DNA of 64,000 nucleotides from the human T2T-CHM13v2.0 reference genome, Homo sapiens: NCBI GenBank assembly GCA_009914755.4, contig CP086569.2, positions 7,808,001 to 7,872,000 of the forward strand, read 5' to 3'. Shown piece by piece: positions 49,926 to 60,310 of this stretch (position 1 is its first letter; each line of letters starts with the position of its first letter). The notes under the pieces were generated by a model. It saw only the letters and a program-made list of their open reading frames with translations, ran no database searches and was not told where the DNA came from. The position numbers and the translations under genes were made by a program.

Positions 49926-50220
49926 TTTTTTTTTTTTTTTTTGAGAGAGTCTCGCTCTGTCATCCAGGCTGGAGTGCAGTGGTGCAATCTTGGCTCACTG
50001 CAAGCTCAGCCTCCGGGTTCATGCCATTCTCCTCCCTCAGCCTCCTGAGTAGCTGGGACTACAGGCGCCCACCACCACGCCCAGCTAATTTTTTGTATTT
50101 TTAGTAGAAATGGTGTTTCACCATGTTAGCCAGGATGGTCTCAATCTCCTGACCTCTTGATCCAGCCACGTTGGCCTCCCAAAGTGCTGGGATTACAGGC
50201 GTGAGCCACTGTGACCAGCC
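49926..50220 (-). mobile_element. AluY-like SINE inserted into the HERV-K pro ORF, between the dUTPase motif and the protease active site, with a ~18 bp TSD
   Basis: Near-consensus young Alu: '...gagagagtctcgctctgtcatccaggctggagtgcagtggtgcaatcttggctcactgcaagctcagcctccgggttcatgccattctcctccctcagcctcctgagtagctgggactacaggcgcccaccaccacgcccagctaatttttt...'. TSD 'cccagtaggtaaaacattt' (49907-49925) and 'ccagtatggtaaaatgttt' (50221-50239). Confidence 0.92.
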
Positions 50221-50559
50221 CCAGTATGGTAAAATGTTTAACTAAGTTATTTTTTATCCAAGGGTAAGAATATGCAGCTTCCATCATAACCAATATCTCA
50301 CCTTGGTAATCGCTGTCAATTAACCCAGGGAGCACATTAATTCCTTTACTGGATAGGCTAGACTGCCCCAGGACTAATCCTGCTGTTCCTGGAGGCAGCA
50401 GGCCACAGATCCCAGTTGCAACCCTTTTAGGGCTTCTCCCTCTTTTAGCACTAATTTGTCCGGGCAGAGTAAATCGAGTCCTGCACTCCCAGTAGTGGCT
50501 GCTCTAAGAGAGAGGACTGTGGGCTTTCCAGCTGACTGAGGAAAGCCACTGGCATTGCC

Positions 50560-51943
50560 CCATATGGGAGCAGGGCCTGGGGCTGCCCCCTCATGAAGTC
50601 TCCTGACTGATTTCCTGTGAGGTTGCCATTTTTGTCAAATTTAGACCTGCATCGATTTGCCCAATGTTACCCTTTCCTACAGCTGGAACATATAGAAGAG
50701 GGTTCTTTCCCCGAGTTAGCTTGGTTTTCACTATAGGGGCATTGCCTCTTCCCATGACCTTTCACTCCACATAGAAAACAATTTCGGTTTCTCTCCCTTT
50801 TCACTTTAGGTGGCCTTAATGTCATAGCTAATATTCTGGCCTTGTTTGTCTCAGTTCCTACCAGGTGACATGCTTATATCAGCTCCCTGCTGGCAATCCA
50901 CATTAGTGTTTTCAAAAGCCAATTGCAACAATAAGATAGGAGTGGCCTAGGTGTGACTAATTTGCGTTTTAATTGCCTGAGTTAATCGATCCATAAACTC
51001 AACAAATGGCTTTTGAGGCCCTTGTCAAACATTTACAAAAGACCCCTGCTGAGCTCAGCTCTTGGGAATTCAGTCCCAAGCTCTGAGAGCACACAAAGAC
51101 ACTTGAGCATAGGCCTGGGGCTCAAAATTTAGTTGTTGTTGTACATCAGCATGAGAATACCTCCCCTGGAGCTTATCAACAGTTGTATTTTGCCTGGCTG
51201 CCTGATTCTGGTTGTCTTGTTGTTCGCACAGTTCATCATATTCTACCGTCCAGAGGAGGTATGGGCTAGTCTCCAGAGTTGCTTTAGGCAGCATTGACCA
51301 GTCCCATTGGGCCATACAGAAGTGGTCTGCTAAGGCCTCAATCATTCTTTTTGCAGATGGTCTAGTGGCTCTGTTTTCTTTAATGCTTTTTCTTAGTTCT
51401 TCGTAAGAGTGAAAGGAAACAGGTTCATGTGCTTGATGACCATGTTGGTCTTGCATTACCAGATATGCTAAAAGCTCCCCTTCTAATGCCGCTTGTTTAA
51501 GACAAGGTCCCATAGCTGAAGTATGTTTCTTGCCTTTTTTTCTACTTATAGTAAGAGGGAGGTCAGGAAAACTCTCCATTTCCTCTTTGTTATTTTGGCC
51601 CGGTAATAGTAGGACTGAGGGAAAAGGAGGTGATAAGGCAGGCGATATTTCTCCTTCCTTTTTGTTTTTAGGCTCTTCTGTGTATAAAGCCATCCTTAGT
51701 AAAGCCCATTGTGTTAAAGCTGATGCTGGGACTTGATGCCCTTGTGCATAATATTGTTTATGATTTCTCCCTACTCATTCCCAGAGTTCTATGTCTAGTG
51801 TTCCTTCTTCTGGGAACCATGGATTATATGAGACCACAGTTTATATTAATTTTTGAACCTGTGAAACAAGCTCTGCTAGCCATAAGCAACTGTTTCTATA
51901 CTTTTATATTCTGTTTCTGCTGTGCTGATAACTGTTGTCCCAT
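50560..51943 (-). pseudogene. HERV-K-like gag remnant (matrix, capsid, nucleocapsid zinc knuckle with an in-frame stop)
   Basis: See parent element. CX2CX4HX4C knuckle at 50643-50697 with TAA inside. A 207-aa open stretch at 51070-51693. Confidence 0.75.
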
Positions 51944-52066
51944 AATGAAAACTCAGCTTAAACCAACTTTCCTCAGAAGTTGGTGACCTTGAATGTGGAC
52001 CAATGACTTACCAATTACTCACTGATTTGACCACGTGGTTCCTTTCTTCACCTTCTTTTTCAGGAG

Positions 52067-52769
52067 TCCAAGTCTTCGCTATTGTGAATAGTGCCACAAT
52101 AAACGTAAGTGTGCATGTCTCTTTATTGTATAATTATTTATAATTCTTTGGTATATGCCCAGTAATGGGGTTGCTGAGCCAAATGGTATCTCCAGTTCTA
52201 CATCCTTGAGGAATCACCACACTGTCTTCCACAATGGTTGAACTAATTTACATGCTCACTGACAGCGTAAAAGCTTCCTATTTTCCCACAAGCTCTCTAG
52301 GATTTGTTGTTTCCTGACTTTTTAATGATTGACATTCTGACTGGAGTGAGATGGTATCTCATTGTGCTTTTGATTTGCATTTCTGTAATGTGCAGTGATG
52401 AACATTCTTTCATATGTCTATTGGTTGCATAAATGTCTTCTTTTGAGTAGTGTCTGTTCATATCCTTTGCCCATTTTTTTGATGGCGTTATTTTATTCTT
52501 GTAAATTTGTTTAAGTTATTTATAGATTCTGGATATTAGCCCTTTGTCAGAAGGATAGATTGCAAAAATTTTCTGCCATTCTGAAGGTTGGCTGTGCACT
52601 CTGGCAGTTTCTTTTGCTGTACAGTAACTCTGTAGTTTAATTAGATCTCATTTGTCAATTTTGTATTTTGTTGCCATTGTTTTTGGTGTTTTGGACATGA
52701 AGTCTTTGCCCACTCCTATGTCCTGAATAGTACTGCCCAGGTTTTCTTCAAGGATTTTATTAGTCCTAG
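52067..52769 (-). mobile_element. L1 ORF2 3'-region fragment (minus). This is the left half of the L1 that was split by the provirus insertion. Its own 3' end is missing where it abuts the HERV-K leader.
   Basis: Reverse-complement L1: 'ccaagtcttcgctattgtgaatagtgccacaataaacgtaagtgtgcatgtc...cccagtaatggggttgctgagccaaatggtatctccagttctacatccttgaggaatcaccacactgtcttccacaatggttgaactaatttacat...tagatctcatttgtcaattttg...ttttcttcaaggattttattagtcctag'. Confidence 0.85.
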
Positions 52770-53541
52770 TGTGTCTGGAAATTATTCCTTCTGGTAGATT
52801 CTTGGTCTCCCTGACTTCAAGAATGAAGCCACAGACGCTCGCAGTGAGTGTTGCAGTTCTTAAAGATGATGTGTCCAGAATTTGTTCCTTCAGAGGTTCA
52901 AATGTGCCCAGAGTTTCTTCCTTCTGGTAGGTGTGTGGTCTCACTGACTTCAGGAGTGAAGTCGCAGACCTTTGCAATGAGTGTTATAGCTCTTAAAGGT
53001 GGCATGTCCAGAGTTGTTTGTTCCTCCTGGTGGGTTTGTGGCATTGCTGACTTCAGGAATAAAGCTGTGGACACTTATGGTGGGTGATACAACTCATAAA
53101 GGTAGTGCAGACCCAGAGTGAGCAGCAGCAAGATTTATTATGAAGAGTAAAAGAACAAAGCTTTCACAGCATGGAGGGGGACCTGAGCGGGTTGCCACTG
53201 CTGGGTTGGGTGGCCAGCTTTTATTCCCTTATTTGATCCTGCCCACATACTGCTGATTGATCCATTTTACAGAATGCTGATTGGTCCATTTTACAGAGTG
53301 CTGATTGGTCCACTTTACAGAGGGTTGATTGGTCCATTTCACAGAATGCTGATTGGTGCATTTACAATCCTTTAGCTAGACACAGAGTGCTGATTGGTGC
53401 GATTTTACAGAGTGTTGATTGGTGCATTTACAATCCTTTATCTAGACACAGAGCACTTGGTGCATTTACAATCCTTTAGCAAGACACAAAAGTTCTCCAA
53501 TTCCCCACCCAACCCAGAAGCTCAGCTGACTTCACCTCTCA
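52770..53541 (-). mobile_element. 3' LTR of the provirus (LTR12-like, 772 bp)
   Basis: 'tgtgtctggaaattattccttctggtag...cagcagcaagatttattatgaag...ctgattggtccattttacagagtgctgattggtcc...gctgattggtgcatttacaatcctttagctagacac...cagctgacttcacctctca'. Sense strand is the minus strand (TGAGAGGTG...CCAGACACA). Confidence 0.85.
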
Positions 53542-53599
53542 ACAGGACATCCCAACTGCTCTTGGGAATTGGGTGATGACCACTCTAGCTACTTCTTGT

Positions 53600-54900
53600 T
53601 GGATGGGGCATAGATGGGGCCTGCAGTTGTAATGTCCTCCAGAGGGGAACTCTTTAGGCCAGTGAAAGAGCCAGAGGGTCAGTCCAGGGGTCATCAGTAG
53701 AAGTTGTGAGTTTAGCTCATTTGGGGTTCCATTTCTAAGACCATCTGTAGCTTGATGGCCTCAATTCTAGAGGAAACAAATTTGACAAGGAGGTTAAAAA
53801 TACAGGGCCTGAAGGCAAGTAATGGCAAGATGGCTGCCATGGGACCTAGAAAGTGGAGAAGCCATGTTGCCCAACTCCAGAGGTTGGTATAAGAGTTTGA
53901 AAGGTGTTGTCTGATTTCAGAAGCCTTCTCCTGTAAATGCCAGGTGGCATCTTGTACTATTCCTGACTGCTTGGTGTAAAAACAACACTCTTCCCCCAGG
54001 TGCAGAGTCTCTTTTCTCAGCAGTGAGGAGGTCTAGGCCTCAGCAGTTTTGGAGAGTTACTGCTGCCAGAGTCTATTTGGGATTGTAGTGTAAGGATAGA
54101 TTTTGTTATTTCTTGCAAACTGTCTGAGAAATCCTTTGAGAGTGTGTGGTAGTAGGATAATTAAGTAGATTAGATAACTGGCTATTCCAGTTCCTGTAGC
54201 AGTAGCCATTCCTAACCCAATACAGAGGGGTATTAGTTGTATGGCTCTGCACTGATGGACTTGAGTTTTTGAGGGGTACTGATAGGGTCAGATTTCCTCA
54301 GGATTAGAAGTTAGGATAATACGTGCTACACTGTTAACTTTTAGCAAACTTTTGTTGAAAAGTTGTAAGTTTGGGATTTCAATTACTCTATTCTATTAAT
54401 AAGACCTCTTTCAGTCCAGTCCATATTAATTTAGAATTGGTATAGATGGCTACTTCCTGATTTTGTAAGTACTTTAAGGTTTGGCTGAGTGCAAACAGCC
54501 CACATGTTTCAGCAGACCAATTATTAGGCAATTTTCCTAACTCTGCTTTACAAGAGTTTCCTTATCACTTACTGAATACCCATTGTGTCTTTTTCCCTCA
54601 GTCACCCTAGAGGAACCATCTATCATCCTGTCCTGAAGGGAGTTCATCCTAGATCTGGTTGGACATTTTTATGGTAAATAATTAAGACTTAGATCCCCTG
54701 TTAGGAAACCTGCAGGGTTAAAGATTTTTGATAGGAAGGCTATGGGTTGTCAGTGGCCTCAGGGCTTTTGGGCTATGCCCTTGTTTACATGGAAAACAAG
54801 GTGGTATTGGTGTGTTATAGGGTCATGGAGAAGACCTTCAATTATCAGTGATAGGTTTTAAATTTACACTGGCTTTTAAAGTAATAGGGCACACTGTTTT
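53600..54900 (-). pseudogene. env remnant: partial SU, degenerate cleavage site, TM with fusion-peptide-like and immunosuppressive-domain-like segments
   Basis: Minus-strand translation '...PSKTQVHQCRAIQLIPLCIGLGMATATGTGIASYLIYLIILLPHTLKGFLRQFA' (54113-54260) is similar to syncytin-type 'RNKRVPILPFVIGAGVLGALGTGIGGITTSTQFYYKLSQEL'. '...RPRPPHC*EKRLCTWGKSVVFT' (53973-54046) is similar to 'ALDLLTAERGGTCLFLGEECCYY'. Confidence 0.55.
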
Positions 54901-54960
54901 TTCTTTACTACTTCTCTCTCTTTCCCTCTTTGACTCCTTCTTGGTCTCTCTCTTTCTCTC

Positions 54961-55179
54961 TTACTTTCTGTCTCTTTCTCTGTTTCCTTTCTGGTAGTCT
55001 TTCCCTGCCTCTGCCAGCCACTTGTGTTGCTGTTCTTCCCTCTCCTTCCCCTTTTGATGGCTTTGGCAGTGTAAGACTGCCACTTCCTTGGGTTTTTGCA
55101 CTGCGTGCAATAACTCCGTGATTTCCTTGTGACATTTAATGGGGTTTCCCCAGAGGTTATGAACTCCCTTTCTTTCCAT
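54961..55179 (-). pseudogene. RNase H C-terminal remnant, followed by a GA-rich low-complexity stretch where integrase should begin
   Basis: '...ELLHAVQKPKEVAVLHCQSHQKGKEREEQQHKWLAEAGKD' then 'YQKGNRERDRK...'. The integrase HHCC/DDE region is not found between 54900 and 54300. That interval instead encodes the env SU C-terminus. Confidence 0.65.
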
Positions 55180-56162
55180 ATTGTAGCATGGGTATGTAGG
55201 ATTAGATAAGCATACTTACTATCTGTATATGCATTTATGCTTCTTCCTTTTCACAGTTCTAAGGCTTGGGTAAGCACCACTAGTTCTGCCAACTGGGCAC
55301 TTGGCCCTGGGGGAAGAGTCTTATTTTCAAGTACGGTTACATCACTAACTATGGCATAACCTGCTCTTCATATCCCATTTGCCACAAATGAACATACATT
55401 GGTATATAGGTTAAGGTCATAATTAGCTAAGGGGACATCTAAGAGATCCTCTCGGGCAGCATAAGTCTGAACTTATTTATCTTAGCATAATTTGTTGGCT
55501 GTCATGCTGAATTGGTTCTCCATCCTCTCAGAGAGAAGTGGCAGGGTTTAGGGCCACATGCGTACACATTTGAAGCTCCAGTTCCTCAAGGAGTAGTGCC
55601 TGGTATCTAAATAGGCAGTTGTCTGATAACCAGAAACCTCCTTTGGCACCTAGTTTGCCATTTACCTCATAAGTAATCCAGACAGTGAGATCCTTTCCTT
55701 GTAGTATTTTGATAGCCTCTCACACTAAGACAGGCACTGCCACAACTACCTGTAACCAGTGAGGCCAGTGTTTTGCTACTACATCAGTTTCCTTACTTAG
55801 GTATGCCACTGATTGTGGGGTTGCCCCATGAGTCTGAGTAAGGGCTCCAAGAGTTATTCCTCCTCTCTCTGTGATGTATAAAGAGAAGTTTTATTTTGGC
55901 TTTTTTTTTTTTTTTTTCCTGTGGGAAGGCTTAAAGCTGGAACTTGTACTATGGCCTGCTTTAAGATTTTGAAGGCTGTTTCTGGGTCTTCTTGATTAGA
56001 GTCTAGAGTGGTCTGGCCATCTTGCTGTATTCAGGGACCCATAGTCAGCAAAAGCCAGTGATGTGCAAGGAACCCTCACAACTGTTTTAATGTCTTAGGG
56101 TGAGGGTAAGCCAGTGATTAATTCCTTGCTGAGGGTCCTGGTCCCTCGGGTTAAGATTAGGC

Positions 56163-56618
56163 CTAGATATTTGACCTGCTGTAGGCAAAGCTGTGCCTTT
56201 GACCTAGATGCATTGTACCCTTGATTAGATAGTTCAAGGGATTTAGAGTAGTCTGCTGGCATGAGGCTTCTGAACTGTTAGCCAAAAGTAAATCATCCAC
56301 ATACTGAAAGACCAGAGTGTCTGGACTTGAAAAGTAGCCTAGATCTTGGACTAGTGCTTGAGCAAACAGATGAGGGCTATCTCTAAACCCTTGGGGCAAG
56401 ACTGTTCATGTAAGTTGGGATATGTGGTCCATAGGATCCTCAAAAGCAAATAGAAACTGGGAATCAGAATGCAGGGCAATACAGAAGAAGGCATCCTTGA
56501 GGTGCAGAACAGTGAACCATTCTGCTTCCTCTGGTATTTGAGAGAGCAGGATATAGGGGTGGGGTACAACTGGATATAGAGGAATTACTGCCTCATTGAT
56601 GAGTCTAAGATCTTGCAC
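56163..56618 (-). pseudogene. Reverse transcriptase fingers/palm, split over two adjacent minus ORFs by a stop
   Basis: '...EAEWFTVLHLKDAFFCIALHSDSQFLFAFEDPMDHISQLT' then 'MPQGFRDSPHLFAQALVQDLGYFSSPDTLVFQYVDDLLLANSSEASCQQTTLNPLNYL' (YVDD box). Confidence 0.85.
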
Positions 56619-56834
56619 TACTCTCCACTGACCATTCAGTTTTTGTGCTCCTAGTATAGGGGTGTTGCAGGGACTGCTGTATTTCCTTACTAAGCCTTGA
56701 GCTTTTAAGTGTTTAACGATATCCAGTAATCCTTTATGAGCTTCAGCCCTTAAGGAATGTTGCCTTTGATAAGGAAAACTGTTGGAGTCTTTTAGCCTGA
56801 TTTGGACTGGGTGGGCATTTTTTGCCCTTCCAAA

Positions 56835-57230
56835 TTATCCTTCCAATGCCCAGACTTTAGTGTTGATTCCCTCAAGTAACTTGTTCCCCATATTTATGTA
56901 GATAATTATTTCAGCTTTGGCTAATATATCCCTCCCTAATAAGGGTGTGGGAATTTCAGGCATAACAAGAAAGGCATGTGAAAAGAGTACAGTCTCCCAA
57001 TTACAAATGTGGAGGTGGGAGAAATACCTGGGTACAGGCTGTCCCAGGATTCCTCGAATGGTAATGGACATTGAGGACAGGAGACTAACACCTGCCCAGG
57101 TGTTAATCTGTCCAGGACAGGAGATTAACACCAAGAAAGCCAAGCCAGTGTCCAGGAGGAAGTCAATTTCCTGACCCTTAATGGTTAAATGTACCCAGGG
57201 ATCAGTGAGAGTGATGACATGAGCTGGCAC
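56835..57230 (-). pseudogene. Retroviral aspartic protease ORF (131 aa)
   Basis: '...QEIDFLLDTGLAFLVL...IRGILGQPVPRY...PTPLLGRDILAKA' carries the DTG active site and GRD flap/helix motifs. Confidence 0.8.
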
Positions 57231-57299
57231 TTGCCCCAGGCACCCTCAGTCCTGTTGTTGGATTGTCTGGTTGGGGGCTTCTGACACAGAGAAACTTTG

Positions 57300-59829
57300 T
57301 CCTCTGGGGCAGTGTGTCTTCCAATGATTGCCTTGGCATAGTGGACATGGGCAAGGCAGCAGCTTATTTCTTGTTGTACAATCTTTTTTAAAGTGTCCTT
57401 GTAAACCACACTGATAACAAGCCTTACTGGGTTATTGTTCTGCTCTATTTTCTGTCCTCTCTGAACCACCATGGCTTGTTTGCCTGAGGGCCATGACTAA
57501 GGCTGTGGTCTTTTTCTCATCTCACTTTTCCTTTTTGGCCTGTTCCTCTTGGTCCCTATTATAGAACACCAAGATTTTCAGGTTTAATAATGCCTCCAGA
57601 TTTTGTTCAGTGCCCAGGGCTCACTTTTGGAGCTTTCTCCCAATATCTGTGGTGGATTGGGTAATAAGCTTATCTTTTAGGATCAGTTGACCCTCAAGGG
57701 AGTTGGGTGACAGGGGAGTATATTTTCTTAAGGCCTCCTGTAACCACTCAAGGAAGGCAGAAGGATTTTCTTCCTTTCCCTGAGTTATGATGGATATCAT
57801 TTAATAATTAATGGGCTTTTTCCTCATTCTCCCTAGTCCTTCTAGAGCATTGGTCAACAGATGTTTACTACTCCTATCACCATGATCTGAGTCTAGATCC
57901 CAGTGGTGATCCACACTAGGGATTGCTTGTTGACCAGTAGGGAATTTATCCCTTTCTTCAGCTGTCATTCTGTCATTTACTTCACTAAGATACCCAGTAT
58001 CTCCAAACTCTCAGGCTGCAGCTAAAGCAACATTATTTTCATTAAAGGCCAGGGTTTTGTCTAACAATAGCATGACATCTCTGCAAGTGAGATTGAAGGT
58101 GTGCCCTAGACCATGTAGGAAATCTGTTTACCTATGAGGATCATCTTAAAACTTCCCCAGGTGTGCCTTGATGTGCTTTAAATCAGAGAGGGAAAGGGGG
58201 ACATTCCCCTCCCCCTACAGCTTGAAGGGGATATAACTGATAGCCCAGGGATTTTTGTGGTCCTTTGGGGATTTCTCTGCTTGTTTCCTTCTGGGTGGGG
58301 GAGATTAGAGGAGACATCATTAAAAGGAAGGGGAGCCATAGGGAGTCTAGGATATGGGGGTAAGCTAAAAGGCCTTCCTTTGGGATATAAATTGCAAGTT
58401 TTGCATATTTTTGGATTCTCCTTCAATGAAAAGAAAGTTTGAACATAAGTTATTTCACTCTATTGCCTTCCCTCTTAACAGAAAAGTCAAGCTGCAGGAT
58501 AGTATTGTAATTTATACTTCCCTCAGGTGGCCATTTTTCCCCATCAGAGAGAGAATATTGGGGTCAAGCCATAGTGCAGAAAAAGATGAGCCATCTCTTT
58601 TTCAGGGTTTGTGGGACAAATTGATCACAATGGCTTAGGATGCATTTCAAGGATGAGCCTGTTGATGCCTGAGTGTTTCCCATCTGAAAGACAAAACCAC
58701 TCATGGTTTTGGTTTATTCATTTCTCTCCCTGCCCAATAACCTGCAATGGTCCCTGGACCCTGCTGATCAGAATAGTTGCACTCACTGATGCAGCAGCAG
58801 AAATGCCTCCTGCCCAAGTACCCACAATGGCCCCTGCACCCTGCTGATAGGAAAAGTTGTGCTCAGTGACGTAGCAGCAGAAATACTAGTTTTCCTCCTA
58901 GACCACAAGGAGGAATGAGGAATGTCAGATTTAGTGGCCCTTACTGATGCATTCTCAAAAAACCTGTTAGAGTCCTAAGGACTCTCCTGTTAATATTGGG
59001 ACCTTACCACTCTCCTATAAAGACGTTATGCCCCAAAAATGAAGTGGAGGGCCATACGCTGAGGGAGGGAAGGCATTTCCAGGCTTGGAAGAGTGATAAC
59101 TTTTGTCTTCACTTGAATGGGAAGGATATCATTTCTGAGGCTCCCCTTCTCCTAGCTTTAGGAAAAGCTTTTGTTGGGCCTGCTTATCTGAGAAAGGATC
59201 CTAAAATTCCAGATAGTCCCCCCTACAATGGGGCTTTGGGCAAAAATTATGTCTTTCTAATTGGTGGGCCCAGTGCCTAAGAAGGCAATAGTGTCCTGGA
59301 GTTTATACTAGAAATCATTCTTATAGGAGAAACTATAAAAGCACCAGAAACAGGGAGTGGTTTTTAGAAGCATGACTAGCCTCAGAGAAGAGAGGTGAGA
59401 GGAAGTTCATCTGACAGGCATTAGGACACAGGAGGCAAGGGTCAGGATAGATAGGATAGACAGGCAAGTCTCACTTGGGCAATGTAACTTCAAGAGTTCC
59501 ACTCATGGCTACAGGGTCAACCAATTTATTGTCGGACCCTCCAGCTGAATGGCTTTCCTCTCTGTTGACCCTCAGCTTAGCCTAGAAGTACAGGAAGAGT
59601 GCAAGCTGATTCCAGGCAAACCAACGCTCCCAGCTCCGAAGAGTCTGCGGTTGTTAGAGAGCCCTTTCCCAGAAAGGGCTGACACCTGTGTATTTAGTCC
59701 AGCAGCTGTGCTAGTCACTTTTAACTGGCCAACAATTTCCTGGTATTTAGCCCCCGAATTCTAAGGAAAAATAGGACAATAGCAAGGGAAAGGGGTCCAA
59801 TGGGACTTACCGATTGGTGAGAGTCAATA
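57300..59829 (-). pseudogene. Degraded gag of the class I provirus
   Basis: Lies between the PBS and the protease. Fragmentary minus ORFs 58178-58426 ('...LPPYPRLP...') and 57185-57472 are proline-rich with a late-domain-like 'PPYP' motif and a basic C-terminal NC-like region with cysteines/histidines. No long ORF survives. Confidence 0.5.
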
Positions 59830-59847
59830 ATCCCTTTGTGGTTGCCA
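59830..59847 (-). other. Primer-binding site complementary to the tRNA-Arg 3' end, CpG-decayed, 3 nt downstream of the 5' LTR
   Basis: Minus strand 'TGGCAACCACAAAGGGAT' versus canonical Arg PBS 'TGGCGACCACGAAGGGAC'. All three differences are CpG to TpG/CpA or a terminal transition. Confidence 0.7.
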
Positions 59848-60205
59848 AAATGTGTCCAGAATTTATTCCTTCTGGTGTGTTCTTGATCTCAGTGACTTCA
59901 AGAATGAAGCTGTGGACCCCCGCACTGAATGTTACAGCTTTTAATGATGATGTATCCAGAGTTTGTTCCTTAAGTTGTTCAGATGTGTCTGGAGTTTCTT
60001 CCTTTCAGTGGGTTCATGGTCTCACTGGCTTCAGAATTGATGCCTCAGACCTTAGCAGTGAGTGTTACAGCTCTTAAAAGTGGTGCATCAGGAGTTGTTT
60101 TTTTGTCCTGGTGGGTTTGTGGTCTCACTGACTTCAGGAATGAAGTTGCGGAACCTCACAGTGAGTGTTACAGCTCATAAAGGTAGTGCAGACCCAAAGA
60201 TTGAG

Positions 60206-60226
60206 CAGCAGCAAGATTTATTGTGA
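60206..60226 (-). promoter_or_regulatory. LTR R-region polyadenylation signal 'CACAATAAATCTTGCTGCTGC' (minus-strand sense)
   Basis: Plus strand 'gcagcagcaagatttattgtg'. The same motif is in the 3' LTR at ~53140-53160 ('cagcagcaagatttattatgaag'). Confidence 0.55.
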
Positions 60227-60294
60227 ACAGTGAAAGAACAAAGTTTCCACAGCATGGAAGGGGACCTGAGCAGGTTGCCGCTGCCGGCTTGGTT

Positions 60295-60310
60295 GGCTAG
60301 TTTTATTCCC
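60295..60310 (-). promoter_or_regulatory. LTR U3 TATA-like box 'GGGAATAAAACTAGCC' (minus-strand sense), downstream of the CCAAT repeats
   Basis: Plus strand 'ggctagttttattccc'. ERV-9-type LTRs are described as using an AATAAA-type TATA element, and the CCAAT repeats lie immediately 5' on the sense strand. Confidence 0.5.

Larger units (their letters stand above)
49030..52066 (-). mobile_element. Class II (betaretrovirus-like, HERV-K/HML-type) internal fragment: leader, gag (MA-CA-NC), pro with dUTPase, and the start of RT. There are no LTRs and both ends are truncated. Interrupted by the AluY at 49926-50220.
   Basis: Gag start 'MGQQLSAQQKQ...WFPEEGTLD' at 51943. The 207-aa ORF 51070-51693 ('...LCALRAWD') matches HML gag CA ('ICLRAWEKIQD'). 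NC knuckle '[35 protein letters not shown]' (50643-50697) matches HML-2 '[37 protein letters not shown]'. dUTPase motif 'GLIDSDYQGEI' (50294-50326). Protease 'GLLDMGADTSII' (49745-49777). RT '[22 protein letters not shown]...[27 protein letters not shown]...[13 protein letters not shown]' (49036-49430). Confidence 0.8.

Noticed and set aside
52770-53541. Initial reading of the two LTR12-like copies as plus-oriented, based on the remembered orientation of the consensus
   Set aside because: U3-R-U5 logic places the sense strand on the minus strand: CCAAT repeats, then an AATAAAA TATA-like box, then an AATAAA polyA signal, then CA. The PBS on the minus strand next to the right-hand copy and the minus-strand pol confirm this, so the left copy is the 3' LTR.
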